Shown piece by piece: positions 16,607 to 27,594 of a stretch of 54,364 nt of DNA. The translations under genes and the position numbers were made by a program. The notes below the pieces were generated by a model. The model ran no database searches and had not been told where the DNA came from. It was given only the letters and a program-made list of their open reading frames with translations. Source of the stretch: an uncultured bacterium (lineage in GTDB: Bacteria > CSSED10-310 > CAZUFC01); the NCBI GenBank assembly GCA_964619725.1, contig CAZUFC010000053.1, forward strand, positions 1 to 54,364, in the 5' to 3' direction. Numbering within the stretch: the stretch's first letter is position 1; the number at the start of each line of letters is the position of its first letter.

Positions 16607-18943
16607 ATGGCAGAAGGATATAAAATTTCTGAAAAAAGCGGGATGAAGATAGACGATGATGGCTTTTTCAGTTTATATCTTGATGATGTTTGCGTTCTGA
16701 AGAAAGCGGCATGTGCATTAGAATTAGTCGATGCAAAAGGAAAAAATTTCAGGGTAGAATGCACAAAGAAAAATTATCAGAGAATAACTTATTCAGAAGG
16801 AAAGAAAAACGGGGAAACCGATAAAAGAATTCCAGAAATTAAATTTGAAAGCGACGATTATCCGCAGGTCAGGTTAGCCGTTTCCTGCATGCCTGGATCG
16901 AACGGTTTTCGACTGTCAATGAACGTAGACAATGATACGGCTTCAGATTTGACGTTGAACAAAATGGTCCCCTTAATCGTTGAGTGCGAACGATATCCGG
17001 AGCTCGGAGTTTTCGACAGGTTATTCCGACTGGGCTATCAGTCGTGGAGTCCTTCGGGAACGATTTTTTTTAAATCGTTGCCGGAACGCTCTCTGTTCAG
17101 TACGGTTGGAATTATGTCCAGGGGAAGTTCTTTATGGAACCTAAAGCTCAGCGATTCGCATCGGGAGGAATGGATGGCGATGTTCCTGGATGCTTCTGAA
17201 GGCCGGAGCATGTTGATAGGTTTTTCCGATATGACGAAACGGATATGCGGCGTGGATATCGTTTTGAAGAAGCAAAAGTCTGGTTTGGAAAGCGCTGAAG
17301 CATGGGATTATGCTGAAAAACGCATATTACGGAAAGGTGAAAAGATTGATGGGCAGGAACTGATTATCCTGGCCGGTCATTGGCCGGAGAAGCTGTTGAA
17401 TGATTATATCGATTATGCGGCGTCACGAAATGAAATCGAATTAAAAGATAAGACAATGAAGGGCTGGTGTTCATGGTACGCCTATCATGATCGAATCAGC
17501 TCCCGGAACATTCTTGAAAATACGCGGAGAATAGCGGAGTTGAATTGCGATCACGGATTGGAGTATATCCTCGTTGATGACGGCTGGCAGAGTGAAGTCG
17601 GCGATTGGATGAATCATAAGGCGTCCATGGAAGGAGGAATGGAAACATTATGCGGTTCCATAAGGGAGTTGGGATTCAAACCGGCATTATGGATAGCTCC
17701 TTTTCTGGCGGCAAGGAGGTCGGAACTTTTCAAGCATCATCCCGACTGGTTCATCAGGGATGGGAAAGGGCGAGCCCGTTACGCGGGATTCAATGTCATA
17801 TGGAAATCACGCGTTTATGCGCTGGATGCCTCTAATGAAGATTTTCTCTCCTGGTTGCGTCACGTCATTGAAACTGCAGTTGAAAAATGGGGAGTTGAAT
17901 TGTTGAAGCTCGATTTTCTTTACGCTGCGGTGCTGGATGGATATCGATCCGAAAGTGATATTTGCGGCGCCCGGGCGTTGCGCAAGGGATTGGAGGCAAT
18001 AAGAGAGTCGGCCGGAAACATACCGCTCATCGGATGCGGCTGCCCTTTGGGTCCGGCGATCGGATTGGTCGATGTTATGCGCATTGGGACGGACACGGGC
18101 CGGCGATGGAGATATCCATGGATCGACAGGTTGATGGGTTTGCCGGTTATGCCGTCATTATACAATAATCTCAAAGGAACGATGACTCGTTTTTTCCTTG
18201 ACGGCAGATGGTGGAAAAACGATCCGGATTGCCTGTATCTGCAACCCTTATCGCATGACAGGTTATCCGCCACAGCGGCCGCGGCCATGATGACTTCTGA
18301 TTTTTTCTTTTTCAGTGATCTTATTGGTCATAAAATTACCGACTCGTCGTTTTTTAATGCGGTCCATCCGATTAAGGCTGGAAAATCGGGCTGTCCGGAC
18401 CTTTTTAAGAAAGAAAATCCCATGACTTTATGGCGGAAAAACGACCGGGATGCGGGACTCCTGGTGTTCGCAGGAGTAGAAAAGGGATTCACACCTTGCA
18501 TTAAATTCGATGATCTTGGAATACATCAGAAGTGTTTGATATTCGACCTGCAGAATGAAACAGCGACAGGTCGAAACAGAGACAGGCTTGAGCCGCAAAA
18601 AATAGGAGCAGGAGAATGCATCACTTATAGAATAACGCCTGAGCGTGACAGGCCGTTCACTGCGGCTTCGACTTTTCTGACCGATGCAGGAATCGATCAT
18701 ATCGATGAAAGGGTCACTTGTGAAAATGGTCAGATTGTACTGCAGATTAACCTGTCGCTGCCCTTTGATAGCAAGGGAAAGCTGTTTGTCGCTGTTCCTG
18801 ACTCATGCCGGTATAAATCGTCGGAGAGTTCAGCATTTAATGAGGAAAAGAGCTTCCAGCGGGACAACATGCTGATAATTGAAGGTACGGCATCCGTAAA
18901 AGCGGAGGTTCGTCTGACATTTCAAGATACCGGCTCGAATTAA
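16607..18943 (+). CDS. Glycoside hydrolase family 36 (alpha-galactosidase)
   Basis: GWCSWY, LVDDGWQ, LWIAPF, KLDFL (nucleophile Asp), MRIGTD (acid/base Asp), NDPDC. Confidence 0.85.
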   Translation: MAEGYKISEKSGMKIDDDGFFSLYLDDVCVLKKAACALELVDAKGKNFRVECTKKNYQRITYSEGKKNGETDKRIPEIKFESDDYPQVRLAVSCMPGSNGFRLSMNVDNDTASDLTLNKMVPLIVECERYPELGVFDRLFRLGYQSWSPSGTIFFKSLPERSLFSTVGIMSRGSSLWNLKLSDSHREEWMAMFLDASEGRSMLIGFSDMTKRICGVDIVLKKQKSGLESAEAWDYAEKRILRKGEKIDGQELIILAGHWPEKLLNDYIDYAASRNEIELKDKTMKGWCSWYAYHDRISSRNILENTRRIAELNCDHGLEYILVDDGWQSEVGDWMNHKASMEGGMETLCGSIRELGFKPALWIAPFLAARRSELFKHHPDWFIRDGKGRARYAGFNVIWKSRVYALDASNEDFLSWLRHVIETAVEKWGVELLKLDFLYAAVLDGYRSESDICGARALRKGLEAIRESAGNIPLIGCGCPLGPAIGLVDVMRIGTDTGRRWRYPWIDRLMGLPVMPSLYNNLKGTMTRFFLDGRWWKNDPDCLYLQPLSHDRLSATAAAAMMTSDFFFFSDLIGHKITDSSFFNAVHPIKAGKSGCPDLFKKENPMTLWRKNDRDAGLLVFAGVEKGFTPCIKFDDLGIHQKCLIFDLQNETATGRNRDRLEPQKIGAGECITYRITPERDRPFTAASTFLTDAGIDHIDERVTCENGQIVLQINLSLPFDSKGKLFVAVPDSCRYKSSESSAFNEEKSFQRDNMLIIEGTASVKAEVRLTFQDTGSN

Positions 18944-19078
18944 CGCTTGTTGCCGAAGAAAGCGGACTAATGCCGATGATCTCTCCGAGAATCTTTTCTT
19001 TACTTTTAATAAGCCGTATGTTAGGGTTTGGCCGTTTTGGACCGGGAAGTAAGCCGGTCGGGAGCGAAAGAAAAAATA

Positions 19079-19239
19079 GGCATTGATCAAAAATGCGTCT
19101 TTTAAGGTTACAATTCGAAAGAACAGCTCATCATTTTGTTTCGATAGCGATTGCGACCCCGACCCCGATACCGAACCCGATTACTGAAACAAACCGTAAA
19201 AAGTTTTGAAAGAAGTGTAACCCCGGTCTGATCAGTCCC
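19079..19239 (+). mobile_element. MITE family A, copy 4
   Basis: GGCATTGATCAAAAATGCG...TCTGATCAGTCCC, A-tracts on both flanks. Confidence 0.85.
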
Positions 19240-19277
19240 AAAAAACTATTATGAACTGAACCAACAAGGCGGTAAAA

Positions 19278-21545
19278 ATGTTTGACATAGAGAAACACCT
19301 GGACGATAAAATTCTTCAGTTGAAAAAACTTAAACCTACGGCCATTTTCGCCGGTATCCTGGATCGCCGGATAATATTGGCTGCTTCTCAACTCGTTCGA
19401 TTCGCCAAGATCGTCCTGCTGGCTCCTGAAAAAGATATCGATCAATTCGTACATCTCCACTGTCCGGAACTCAGCGATACGGAACGTGATTACCTGCTGT
19501 CTCACATAAAAGCGGTTGATATTTCTGAGGAAGAGGAGCTAAGGGAAAAATTCGCACGGGAGTATGTAAAAATCAGCAAGGGTAAGAAGTGGGAATTATC
19601 GCCGGATGAAGCCCGCGAAAAAATGAAAAGTCCTGCCATGTTCGCTGTGATGGCGACCAGGTTGGGATATGCCGACATGACATTCGGCGGCATTATGTAC
19701 GGACCTCGCGAGTTTTTCAGGCCGGCGCTCAATATCTTGAAAAAAGACGGGACGCCTTTTGAGGCCGGCATATTTTTGCTCCCGGAAGATCACACGGAGG
19801 AGAGCTACGAACAGAACATTGCAGTATTCAGCGATGTCGCGGTAAATGCGAGGATGACTCCGGCACGGCTGGCCGATATTGCCGTCGGAACGTGTAAGAT
19901 AACTCGAGCTTTAATTCCCGAAGATGTCCTTCCCCATATAAATGCGGCCATCGTTTCCTATTCGACCAAGGGGTTGGACGAGGGGCCGTCCGTCGACCTG
20001 GTGCGGAAAGCGGCTGATCTGGTGCCGGAGCGCCTGGAAAAATTGATTGAGCAGAACGAACAAAACAAAACCATCCGCATAGATGCTGAAGTTCAGATAA
20101 GTTGCGCTATTTCCAGAGAGGCTGCCGTAATGAAGCTGGGGCTGGCTTATCGGTCCGAGTCCCCCATCGGCAAATGCAATGTGGTCATCGCTCCTAATCT
20201 CGATCTCGGCAATTTTCTCTACAACAGCTATGCGGTGCGGTATCCCAATTCCAAAAAATTCCCCGTGTCCGGCGGCATATTCAACCAGGTCGTCGATTTT
20301 TCCAAGGAATCCACTGAAGATGACGTAAGACTGGGAACCAAAGCCAATATTTTCATGCTTCTCAAATCAAAACGCTGGAAAGGAACGCCCAATGATTATT
20401 TTTTCCCGCGATACAAAATATTGGCTTTGAATCCGGGTTCCACATCAACGAAATTCGCTTACAGTGAAGGCGATATCGAGGTGTTCACGAAAGAAATACA
20501 ACATTCTTCCGAGGAACTGGCGCCCTTCAATGTTATTACGGAACAGTATGAATTCCGCAAGGATAAAATACTGGGCGAGCTCAAAAAAGCGAAAATCGAC
20601 ATCAGGAAGCTGGATGCTGTAGTGGGAAGAGGCGGCGTCATATGGCCCGTCAGCAGCGGCGCTTATACCGTGAACGACAGAATGAAAGAAGACTTGAGTA
20701 ATTGCGTACAGGGCAGCCATGCATCCAATTTAGGAGGGCTGATCGCCGCAGAAATTGCTGAAAAACTGCATATTCCATCATATATAATCGACCCCGTGGT
20801 GGTTGATGAAGTTCCTGAGGAATACAAAATCGTCGGATTGAAAGAAATGAAACGTAAAATCATTTCTCATGCTCTCAGCCAGATCGCCACAGCAAAAAGA
20901 TATGGCGAAGAACATGGCAAGTTTTATTGGGAAATCAGGGTGATCGTCGCTCACATGGGCGGAGGAATAAGCATCGGCGCCCACCATAAAGGCAAATACG
21001 TGGACGTCAATAATGCCCTGAACGGCGAAGGTCCTTTTACTCCGGAAAGGTCCGGAACCCTCCCCGTCGGCCAGCTCATAGATATGTGCTACTCAGGAAA
21101 ATATTCCCTGGCTGAGATGAAACTGAAGAATAAGGGAAAAGGCGGTTTAGTAGACCTGCTGGGCACTTCGGATTTCCGTAAAGTAGAAAAATGGGTCCAG
21201 GAAGGCCGTAAAGATGCTGAACAGGTGTTCGTCGCTCTGGGTTACCAGGTCGCACGATGGATATGTTCCCTTATCCCGGCCTTCGAAGGCGAACCCGTAG
21301 ATCAGGTGCTCCTGACCGGCGGGCTCGCACGCTCTGAACCCCTGGTTGAGCTTATTAAATCAAGAATAGCCGGAATGAACGTGGGCCTTACCGTCTACCC
21401 GGGTGAAAATGAGATGGTTGCCTTGAGAGAAGGCGCCCTGCGCGTACTGATGGGTAAAGAACAACCGAAGGAATACCAGGGCCTGGAAGAATCCGAAGAA
21501 CAAAAAAAAGATGAATCCGAAAAAGTGATTATAAAAACCTCCTGA
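19278..21545 (+). CDS. buk: Fusion of a phosphate acyltransferase (Pta/Ptb family) and butyrate kinase
   Basis: N-terminal FSDVAVN, VSYSTKG, IDAEVQ, NVVIAPNLDLGN (PTA_PTB family); C-terminal ILALNPGSTSTK, AHMGGGISIG, GPFTPERSG, VYPGENEM (butyrate kinase). Confidence 0.9.
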   Translation: MFDIEKHLDDKILQLKKLKPTAIFAGILDRRIILAASQLVRFAKIVLLAPEKDIDQFVHLHCPELSDTERDYLLSHIKAVDISEEEELREKFAREYVKISKGKKWELSPDEAREKMKSPAMFAVMATRLGYADMTFGGIMYGPREFFRPALNILKKDGTPFEAGIFLLPEDHTEESYEQNIAVFSDVAVNARMTPARLADIAVGTCKITRALIPEDVLPHINAAIVSYSTKGLDEGPSVDLVRKAADLVPERLEKLIEQNEQNKTIRIDAEVQISCAISREAAVMKLGLAYRSESPIGKCNVVIAPNLDLGNFLYNSYAVRYPNSKKFPVSGGIFNQVVDFSKESTEDDVRLGTKANIFMLLKSKRWKGTPNDYFFPRYKILALNPGSTSTKFAYSEGDIEVFTKEIQHSSEELAPFNVITEQYEFRKDKILGELKKAKIDIRKLDAVVGRGGVIWPVSSGAYTVNDRMKEDLSNCVQGSHASNLGGLIAAEIAEKLHIPSYIIDPVVVDEVPEEYKIVGLKEMKRKIISHALSQIATAKRYGEEHGKFYWEIRVIVAHMGGGISIGAHHKGKYVDVNNALNGEGPFTPERSGTLPVGQLIDMCYSGKYSLAEMKLKNKGKGGLVDLLGTSDFRKVEKWVQEGRKDAEQVFVALGYQVARWICSLIPAFEGEPVDQVLLTGGLARSEPLVELIKSRIAGMNVGLTVYPGENEMVALREGALRVLMGKEQPKEYQGLEESEEQKKDESEKVIIKTS

Positions 21546-21934
21546 AAATAAACGATAAAACCAGGCAAGTATTGTTAACCGAAACCGCCCGGGCAACAAA
21601 CTGAAAAAACACGTTCTGAAAAACCCCGCCCCTTCAACAGAATAGTCCGAATATTAGGCTCTGCCGCAGGGCTCTGACCCCTGGGCAAACGGCCTCTTTT
21701 CATCTCATTCGGCGGGCCTGATCTGGTTGGGCTGTTGTAAATCTTCGGTTCATGTTGTATTGTAGTTATGATTTCGGATGTTCGAGAGGTTTTAATCCAT
21801 TAGGGTTATGACGGGCGGTCTCATCTGCGGGAAGCGATGGTTTTTTCGACCCCTTTCAGGCTAATCGCTCCTCTTGATCGTTTAAGGCGAGATGATTTTC
21901 ATGATTTTTCGTGCAGGAGGTTGATGTTGATATT

Positions 21935-22453
21935 ATGAGTACAGAAAAAATACAGGAGTTATCACGGGAGAAATTGATCGAATTGCTGAACATTTATGCT
22001 AAAAACTGGCTGGCGCATGACGGATGCTGGTTTTTATCCGTTGAGGATGAATTCGACATGGATACGGCAATCGCCATGGATACGGAAGCCTGGCGCAAGT
22101 TCACCGTAGTGGAAGCCGGACGCCTCATCAGGTTCCTGAATTTGGGCAAAGATTCGGGCGTCAGCGGACTCGGCGAAGCCTTGAAATTCAGGCTTTATTC
22201 CACTCTGAATGAAGATCGTGTGGAAATACTCGACGATAAGACTCTGAGGTATTACGTTAAAACCTGCCGAGTTCAAAGCGCCAGAAGAAGGAAAAAGTTA
22301 CCCGATTTTCCCTGCAAGTCAGTCGGTATCGTGGAATACGGCGGTTTCGCCAGGACGATCGATCAAAGATTCGAAACCGAATGTATTTCATGCCCGCCGG
22401 AGATAACCGATCAAAACTACGCCTGCATTTGGGAATTCGAGCTCAGGGAATAA
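21935..22453 (+). CDS. DUF6125-like (V4R/ligand-binding-like) protein
   Basis: WLAHDGCWFLSVE, CRVQSARRRK..FPCK, ECISCPP..CIWEF pattern; start could be 21911. Confidence 0.65.
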   Translation: MSTEKIQELSREKLIELLNIYAKNWLAHDGCWFLSVEDEFDMDTAIAMDTEAWRKFTVVEAGRLIRFLNLGKDSGVSGLGEALKFRLYSTLNEDRVEILDDKTLRYYVKTCRVQSARRRKKLPDFPCKSVGIVEYGGFARTIDQRFETECISCPPEITDQNYACIWEFELRE

Positions 22454-22477
22454 TGAATTGACTCCGGGCGGTATAAT

Positions 22478-22554
22478 TAGCGACTGTCAAAAAACTCGAT
22501 TTTCGATTCAAAATTTAATGCCGGACAGTCACTGCGGTTTATCGACAAAAACTG
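22478..22554 (+). repeat. Repeat family B/C, module C copy
   Basis: CGATTCAAAATTTAATGCCGGACAGTCACTGCGGTTT..GACAAAAACT matches 11890-11950 and 495-570. Confidence 0.75.
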
Positions 22555-22935
22555 ATTAAGCGGTCATACTGTCCGGGTAATGCAAATGGAAAGTCAATTC
22601 ATAATGAACGTTGAAGAATTATCGCCGGCGATATGGACGTTCGTAACAGCTTTTGTATGAGAAAGCCGGCCTGATCCTGCGTTTATAATCATCAAGTATC
22701 ATGGTTTTCGCTGCATCTTGATGGGCAATAGCTTTTAATGAAACCGGATGGAAAAGGCGGAGGACTCTTTACTTTTTTTTCCGGGCATGTTAATGTTCGG
22801 GATTGACCAAAGGGAGGCGAGGCCGGAAACAGTAATATCTACGCAGTTCATTTCGGACGGGATGACGATAGGATACGAAGAAGAATATCCGGCGAAATAA
22901 GGAGCTGAATTTATCAGGAGGAAAAGGAGTTCTGA

Positions 22936-23940
22936 TTGAGTACAGGCAAGGATGAGGCTGTAGAAATTAAGGAGGAATTGTGGAACAGTTTTTTTGCCGG
23001 CGAGCGTCTGGCGTGTTCCCGGTTGATTACGCTGGCGGACAATTATCCGGAAGCGATTCCGCAGATAAGGCACAAGCTGATTCCGCACCAGAAGCATGCT
23101 GTACGTATCGGGATAACGGGTCCGCCGGGCGTCGGCAAAAGTACGGTGACTTCATCGCTGGCGCGGCGCGCTGCGATTGAGGGCAAATCTGTAGGGGTAA
23201 TAGCGGTTGATCCGACCAGTCCTTTTACCGGCGGGGCATTTTTAGGCGATCGGGTACGCATGCAAAACCTTATTGGTATGAAGAATGTTTTCATACGGTC
23301 GCTGGCTTCCCGGGACGGCACGGGAGGATTATCGCCTGCGGCTCCTTATGCGGCCGATATTTTCGATGCTTTCGGCATGGAATGGATACTGATTGAGACT
23401 TTGGGAGTGGGGCAGGCTGAACTGGACGTATTGAATTGTGCGGACTTCGTTATTCTTGTGTTGCAGCCCGGGGCAGGGGACGTAATTCAGGCTTTGAAAA
23501 CCGGCATTTTAGAGACTGGCGATATGTTCCTGATCAACAAGGCGGACCTGCATGGTGCGGACAACCTGATGGATTCTTTGAATTTCATGTTTGATGCCGG
23601 ACTGGGCTGTCATGAGCATGAAAGACCTCCTATTCTCACATCTTCGGCGGACAGGGAAGAGGGGATGGAGGACGTTTACAGGCATTTATCAGAAAAGGTT
23701 AGGGAGTTGAAAATATCCGACCGGTTGCTGGAGAAAAGAATAGCCAGGATAGATGCGGAAGTCAGAAACAACATCAGGAAGTCTTTATGGAAAAGATTTA
23801 TCGACGTAACATCTTCTGAAGCGGATATTCGGAAAGCTGCAGCGGAGCTGGCGGAAAAGGGAAAATCGCCTTATCCTTTTATTGAAGAATTAATGTCAAG
23901 AGTTGAGATAATTTTAAGCAAAAGGGTGGAGAGTAAATGA
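22936..23940 (+). CDS. meaB: MeaB/ArgK G3E GTPase, chaperone of B12 acyl-CoA mutase
   Basis: [44 protein letters not shown]; overlaps the mutase start. Confidence 0.93.
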   Translation: MSTGKDEAVEIKEELWNSFFAGERLACSRLITLADNYPEAIPQIRHKLIPHQKHAVRIGITGPPGVGKSTVTSSLARRAAIEGKSVGVIAVDPTSPFTGGAFLGDRVRMQNLIGMKNVFIRSLASRDGTGGLSPAAPYAADIFDAFGMEWILIETLGVGQAELDVLNCADFVILVLQPGAGDVIQALKTGILETGDMFLINKADLHGADNLMDSLNFMFDAGLGCHEHERPPILTSSADREEGMEDVYRHLSEKVRELKISDRLLEKRIARIDAEVRNNIRKSLWKRFIDVTSSEADIRKAAAELAEKGKSPYPFIEELMSRVEIILSKRVESK

Positions 23941-25577
23941 ATTCCAGTAAATGGAACGAGTGGGAAAAGAAATACCGGGAGAGCCGGAAGCGCGAGGCAG
24001 ATTTCAGTTCAATATCGGGACGCGAGTTAAAGCCTCTGTATACGCAAGAGGACTGGTCGGACACCGATGCCGGCCGGCTGGGATATCCGGGCGAGTATCC
24101 TTACACCCGGGGCGTGCATTGCACGATGTATCGCGGAAAATTATGGACTATGCGTCAATTTGCGGGAATGGGTACTCCCAGGCAGACCAACGAACGGTTT
24201 TTATTTTTACTGAAAAAAGGACAAACGGGTTTGTCGACTGCGTTTGATAATCCAACGCTTTACGGGTATGACTCGGATCATCCCCTGTCCGAGGGCGAGA
24301 TCGGCAAAACCGGCGTAGCGGTGGATACGTTGAAGGACATGGAGATCATTTTCGATCAGATACCTTTGGAGAAGGTTTCCACATCCATGACTATCAATGC
24401 ATCAGCAGCCTGGATATTCGCCATGTTTCTGGCGAATGCGGAAAAACAGGGAGTCCGTTTCGATCAGCTCGGAGGAACGCTGCAAAACGATATCCTGAAG
24501 GAGTATATAGCGCAGAAGGAATGGATATTTCCTCCCGAACCGCATCTGCGACTGATAACGGATATTATGGAATTTTGCACGCAGAACGTTCCCAGGTGGA
24601 ACACAATTTCCATCAGCGGATATCATATCAGAGAGGCCGGTTCCACAGCGGCGCAGGAGCTGGCTTTCACTCTGGCTGACGGATTCGAATACGTCGAGCG
24701 TGCTCTGAATGCGGGAATGAAAGTCGATGACTTCGCACCTCGCCTTTCGTTCTTTTTCAACGCCCATTTGGACTTCTTTGAGGAAATTGCCAAATTGCGG
24801 GCTGCCCGGCGTATATGGGCGCGGCATATGAAAGAAAAGTATCACGCAAAGAATCCAAGGTCCTGGCTTTGTCGATTTCACGTGCAAACAGCGGGATGCA
24901 GCCTGACTGCACAGCAGCCTGAAGTAAACCTCATTCGCACGGCCCTGGAAGCGTTATCCGGGGTATTGGGCGGTTGTCAGAGTCTCCATACCAATTCAAT
25001 GGACGAAGCGCTGGCGCTGCCTTCGGAAAATGCCGTGGAACTGGCCCTGCGAACTCAGCAGGTCATCGCTTTCGAAAGCGGCGCCGCTAATGTTATTGAT
25101 CCTTTGGGCGGTTCTTATTACATTGAAAAGTTGACGGATGATATTGAGGAGGAAGCTGAAGAATATTTCCGTAAAATCAATGAAATTGGCGGCGTGGTTC
25201 CGGCGATTGAAAAAGGTTTTTTCCAGAAGGAAATAACGCGTGCGGCCTATGAATATCAGAAGGCGCTGGCGCAACGGCGGAAAATTCATGTGGGAGTCAA
25301 TGATTTCGTCAATGAAGACGAGGAGCTGCATATACCGATCATTGAAATAGATGAAAAAACGGCAGCGGACCAACTGAAAATACTGAACAAGGTAAAACAG
25401 GACAGAAACAATGTTGCAGTAAAAAGTAAGCTGGAACGCCTGCAGAAAGCCGCCGGCGCTTCCGACAATTTGATGCCTCATCTTCTTGATTGCGCTCGTG
25501 AATATGCAACATTGGGAGAGATAACGGATACATTGAAGCAGGTTTTCGGAGAGTACCGGGAACCGGCTATTTATTAA
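23937..25577 (+). CDS. icmA: AdoCbl-dependent acyl-CoA mutase large subunit, isobutyryl-CoA mutase type
   Basis: [17 protein letters not shown] (Phe at the MCM Tyr89 position), [14 protein letters not shown] (Gln at the MCM Arg207 position), [20 protein letters not shown]. Confidence 0.85.
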   Translation: MNSSKWNEWEKKYRESRKREADFSSISGRELKPLYTQEDWSDTDAGRLGYPGEYPYTRGVHCTMYRGKLWTMRQFAGMGTPRQTNERFLFLLKKGQTGLSTAFDNPTLYGYDSDHPLSEGEIGKTGVAVDTLKDMEIIFDQIPLEKVSTSMTINASAAWIFAMFLANAEKQGVRFDQLGGTLQNDILKEYIAQKEWIFPPEPHLRLITDIMEFCTQNVPRWNTISISGYHIREAGSTAAQELAFTLADGFEYVERALNAGMKVDDFAPRLSFFFNAHLDFFEEIAKLRAARRIWARHMKEKYHAKNPRSWLCRFHVQTAGCSLTAQQPEVNLIRTALEALSGVLGGCQSLHTNSMDEALALPSENAVELALRTQQVIAFESGAANVIDPLGGSYYIEKLTDDIEEEAEEYFRKINEIGGVVPAIEKGFFQKEITRAAYEYQKALAQRRKIHVGVNDFVNEDEELHIPIIEIDEKTAADQLKILNKVKQDRNNVAVKSKLERLQKAAGASDNLMPHLLDCAREYATLGEITDTLKQVFGEYREPAIY

Positions 25578-25591
25578 TCAGGAGAAGGGGT

Positions 25592-25996
25592 ATGAAAGAG
25601 AAGAAAATAAAGGTAATAATCGCCAAACCGGGTCTGGACGGGCATGACCGGGGAGCCAAAATTGTGGCTCGCGGCCTGGTGGAAGCGGGAATGGAAGTCG
25701 TTTATCTTGGATTGAGGCAGACGCCGGAATCTATTGTGGATGCTGCAGTGGAAGAAGATGCGGACGTCATAGGATTATCTGTTTTATCGGGGGCTCATTT
25801 GACGCATTTTCAGCGAGTTCGCGAGTTGATGGAGAAAAACGGGATCGGCGACAGATTATTGACGGGCGGAGGAATTATTCCTACGAAAGATCAGAAAAAA
25901 CTTGCCGAAAAAGGCATCGAGCGTCTGTTCGGCCCCGGCGACGAAATTTCTGAAATTGTTGATTACATTCGTAACTGGAGTTCGACGAAACAATAA
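25592..25996 (+). CDS. icmB: Cobalamin-binding small subunit of the mutase
   Basis: KPGLDGHDRG, SVLSGAH, GGGIIP. Confidence 0.88.
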   Translation: MKEKKIKVIIAKPGLDGHDRGAKIVARGLVEAGMEVVYLGLRQTPESIVDAAVEEDADVIGLSVLSGAHLTHFQRVRELMEKNGIGDRLLTGGGIIPTKDQKKLAEKGIERLFGPGDEISEIVDYIRNWSSTKQ

Positions 25997-26022
25997 TAAT
26001 AATCACGGAAGGTGGATGAATC

Positions 26023-27168
26023 ATGGATTTCAAATTCTCGGAAGAACAGGAAATGATTTTTGAGGAAGCGAGGAAGTTTTCTGAGGTAAAATTAGCGCCG
26101 AAAGTAGAGGAGCTGGATGAAAAGCAGGAACCGAACATTGAGGCGATAAAGGAATTGGGCGAACTGGGGTATCTCGGCATGACGGTACCGGAAGAATACA
26201 ACGGTTCTGATCTGGGCTGCGTGGCTTATGCCGGAGCCATGGTCGAATTCAGCAAAATAGACCCCAGCACATCGGTTGCTGTTTCAGTCCAGAATTCCCT
26301 GGTCAACGATGCCGTCATCAAATTCGGGTCAGAGGAAGTAAAAAACGAATTTTTGCCCAGGCTGGCTACCGGCGAATGGATCGGATGTTTCTCTTTAACC
26401 GAACCAGGAGCGGGAAGCGATCCCGGTTCTCTTATCGCACACGCCGTGAAAGACGGCGATCATTACGTGCTTAACGGCGTGAAGAATTTCACGACGAACG
26501 GCGGATTCGCCGACCTTATGATTGCATTTTTCAACACAGACAAGTCCAAGGGGTCCAAAGGGATCTCAGCGTTCATCATTCCCAAGAATACTCCCGGTTT
26601 TGAGGTGGGAAAGCATGAAAACAAGATGGGTATACGCGGGTCCAGCACAACTGAGATGGTTTTTACGGATTGCCGGATACCCGAAAAATACCTGCTGGGA
26701 GAAATCGACAAAGGATTGAAAATCGCCCTGGCCACTCTGGACGGAGGAAGAATAGGCATAGCCGCTCAGGCCGTCGGTATCGCCGAGGGTGCCCTTAACG
26801 AAGCTATAAAATATTCCAAGGAACGGGTTCAGTTCGGGAAAACTCTGTCTCAGTTCCAGGCCCTGCAATTCATGCTCGCTGACATGGCTACGGAAGTTGA
26901 AGTAGCGAAAACCATGCTTTTTAAAGTAGCCTGGATGAAAGATGCCGGAATTAAACGGTTTACCAAGGAATCGGCCATGTTGAAACTGTTCGCTTCGGAA
27001 ATGGCCCACAGGGTCTGTCATAAAGCCGTTCAAATTCACGGCGGTTACGGATACATGAAAGATTACAAGGTCGAACACCTCTACAGGGACCAGCGAATTA
27101 CTGAAATTTACGAAGGCACCTCGGAAATACAACGGTTCGTTATAGCAAGGAGCATTCTGGCTGAATGA
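26023..27168 (+). CDS. bcd: Short-chain (butyryl-CoA type) acyl-CoA dehydrogenase
   Basis: FSLTEPGAGSD, KMGIRGS, LDGGRIGIAAQ, QIHGGYG, IYEGTSEIQR. Confidence 0.85.
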   Translation: MDFKFSEEQEMIFEEARKFSEVKLAPKVEELDEKQEPNIEAIKELGELGYLGMTVPEEYNGSDLGCVAYAGAMVEFSKIDPSTSVAVSVQNSLVNDAVIKFGSEEVKNEFLPRLATGEWIGCFSLTEPGAGSDPGSLIAHAVKDGDHYVLNGVKNFTTNGGFADLMIAFFNTDKSKGSKGISAFIIPKNTPGFEVGKHENKMGIRGSSTTEMVFTDCRIPEKYLLGEIDKGLKIALATLDGGRIGIAAQAVGIAEGALNEAIKYSKERVQFGKTLSQFQALQFMLADMATEVEVAKTMLFKVAWMKDAGIKRFTKESAMLKLFASEMAHRVCHKAVQIHGGYGYMKDYKVEHLYRDQRITEIYEGTSEIQRFVIARSILAE

Positions 27169-27594
27169 TCTGTATTGATGAAGGATTCTGCTTCCAGACG
27201 ACGTAGGTTGACAGGCATGCATACGGAAATCACGGAGGAAACAGGTGCGGTGGAAGGGGAAAATATTACAGGCCTGGAATTACAGGAAAGCAATGCAAGC
27301 GAGGCATTATTTTATAGTTTAGAAACGCAGGCTGGATAAAATTTTGTCCTGTTCCGGGGAATTTAATAAACGGTCGTTCCGACGGGTATTTTCCATCGAA
27401 AGTTCTATTCATTGATCAAACGGTATGGGTGATTGCGGAACAGGAGAATCGATTTTAAGATAAGGGAGGGCGATTTATGTAAAAGAGATTGGAGAAGGAG
27501 GGGATTCGGCTGTCAGAAAGGGTTGAGATATAGAGCAGTCGAAGAAGAGTTGGAAAGTAATGAGTAAAAAAATTGAGTGAATGGAGATACAATC

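Noticed and set aside
19131-19505. ORF ending GFGIGVGVAIAIETK, and similar ORFs at 11691-11981 and 14442-14669
   Set aside because: Translations of the MITE A hexamer array, not genes.
21550-21910. Possible ncRNA in the buk-DUF6125 gap
   Set aside because: GC-rich patches, but no recognisable family consensus or convincing long stems; needs an Rfam scan.
22560-22935. Cobalamin riboswitch upstream of meaB (also checked 38500-38705 before cobO)
   Set aside because: No B12-box (GGGAA...GCCACTG) arrangement visible; only a 9-bp hairpin at ~38534-38564.
23937-25577. Methylmalonyl-CoA mutase call
   Set aside because: Lacks the Tyr/Arg carboxylate-binding pair; has Phe/Gln as in isobutyryl-CoA mutase.
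26566-27222. 218-aa minus-strand ORF
   Set aside because: Antisense to the well-supported acyl-CoA dehydrogenase.
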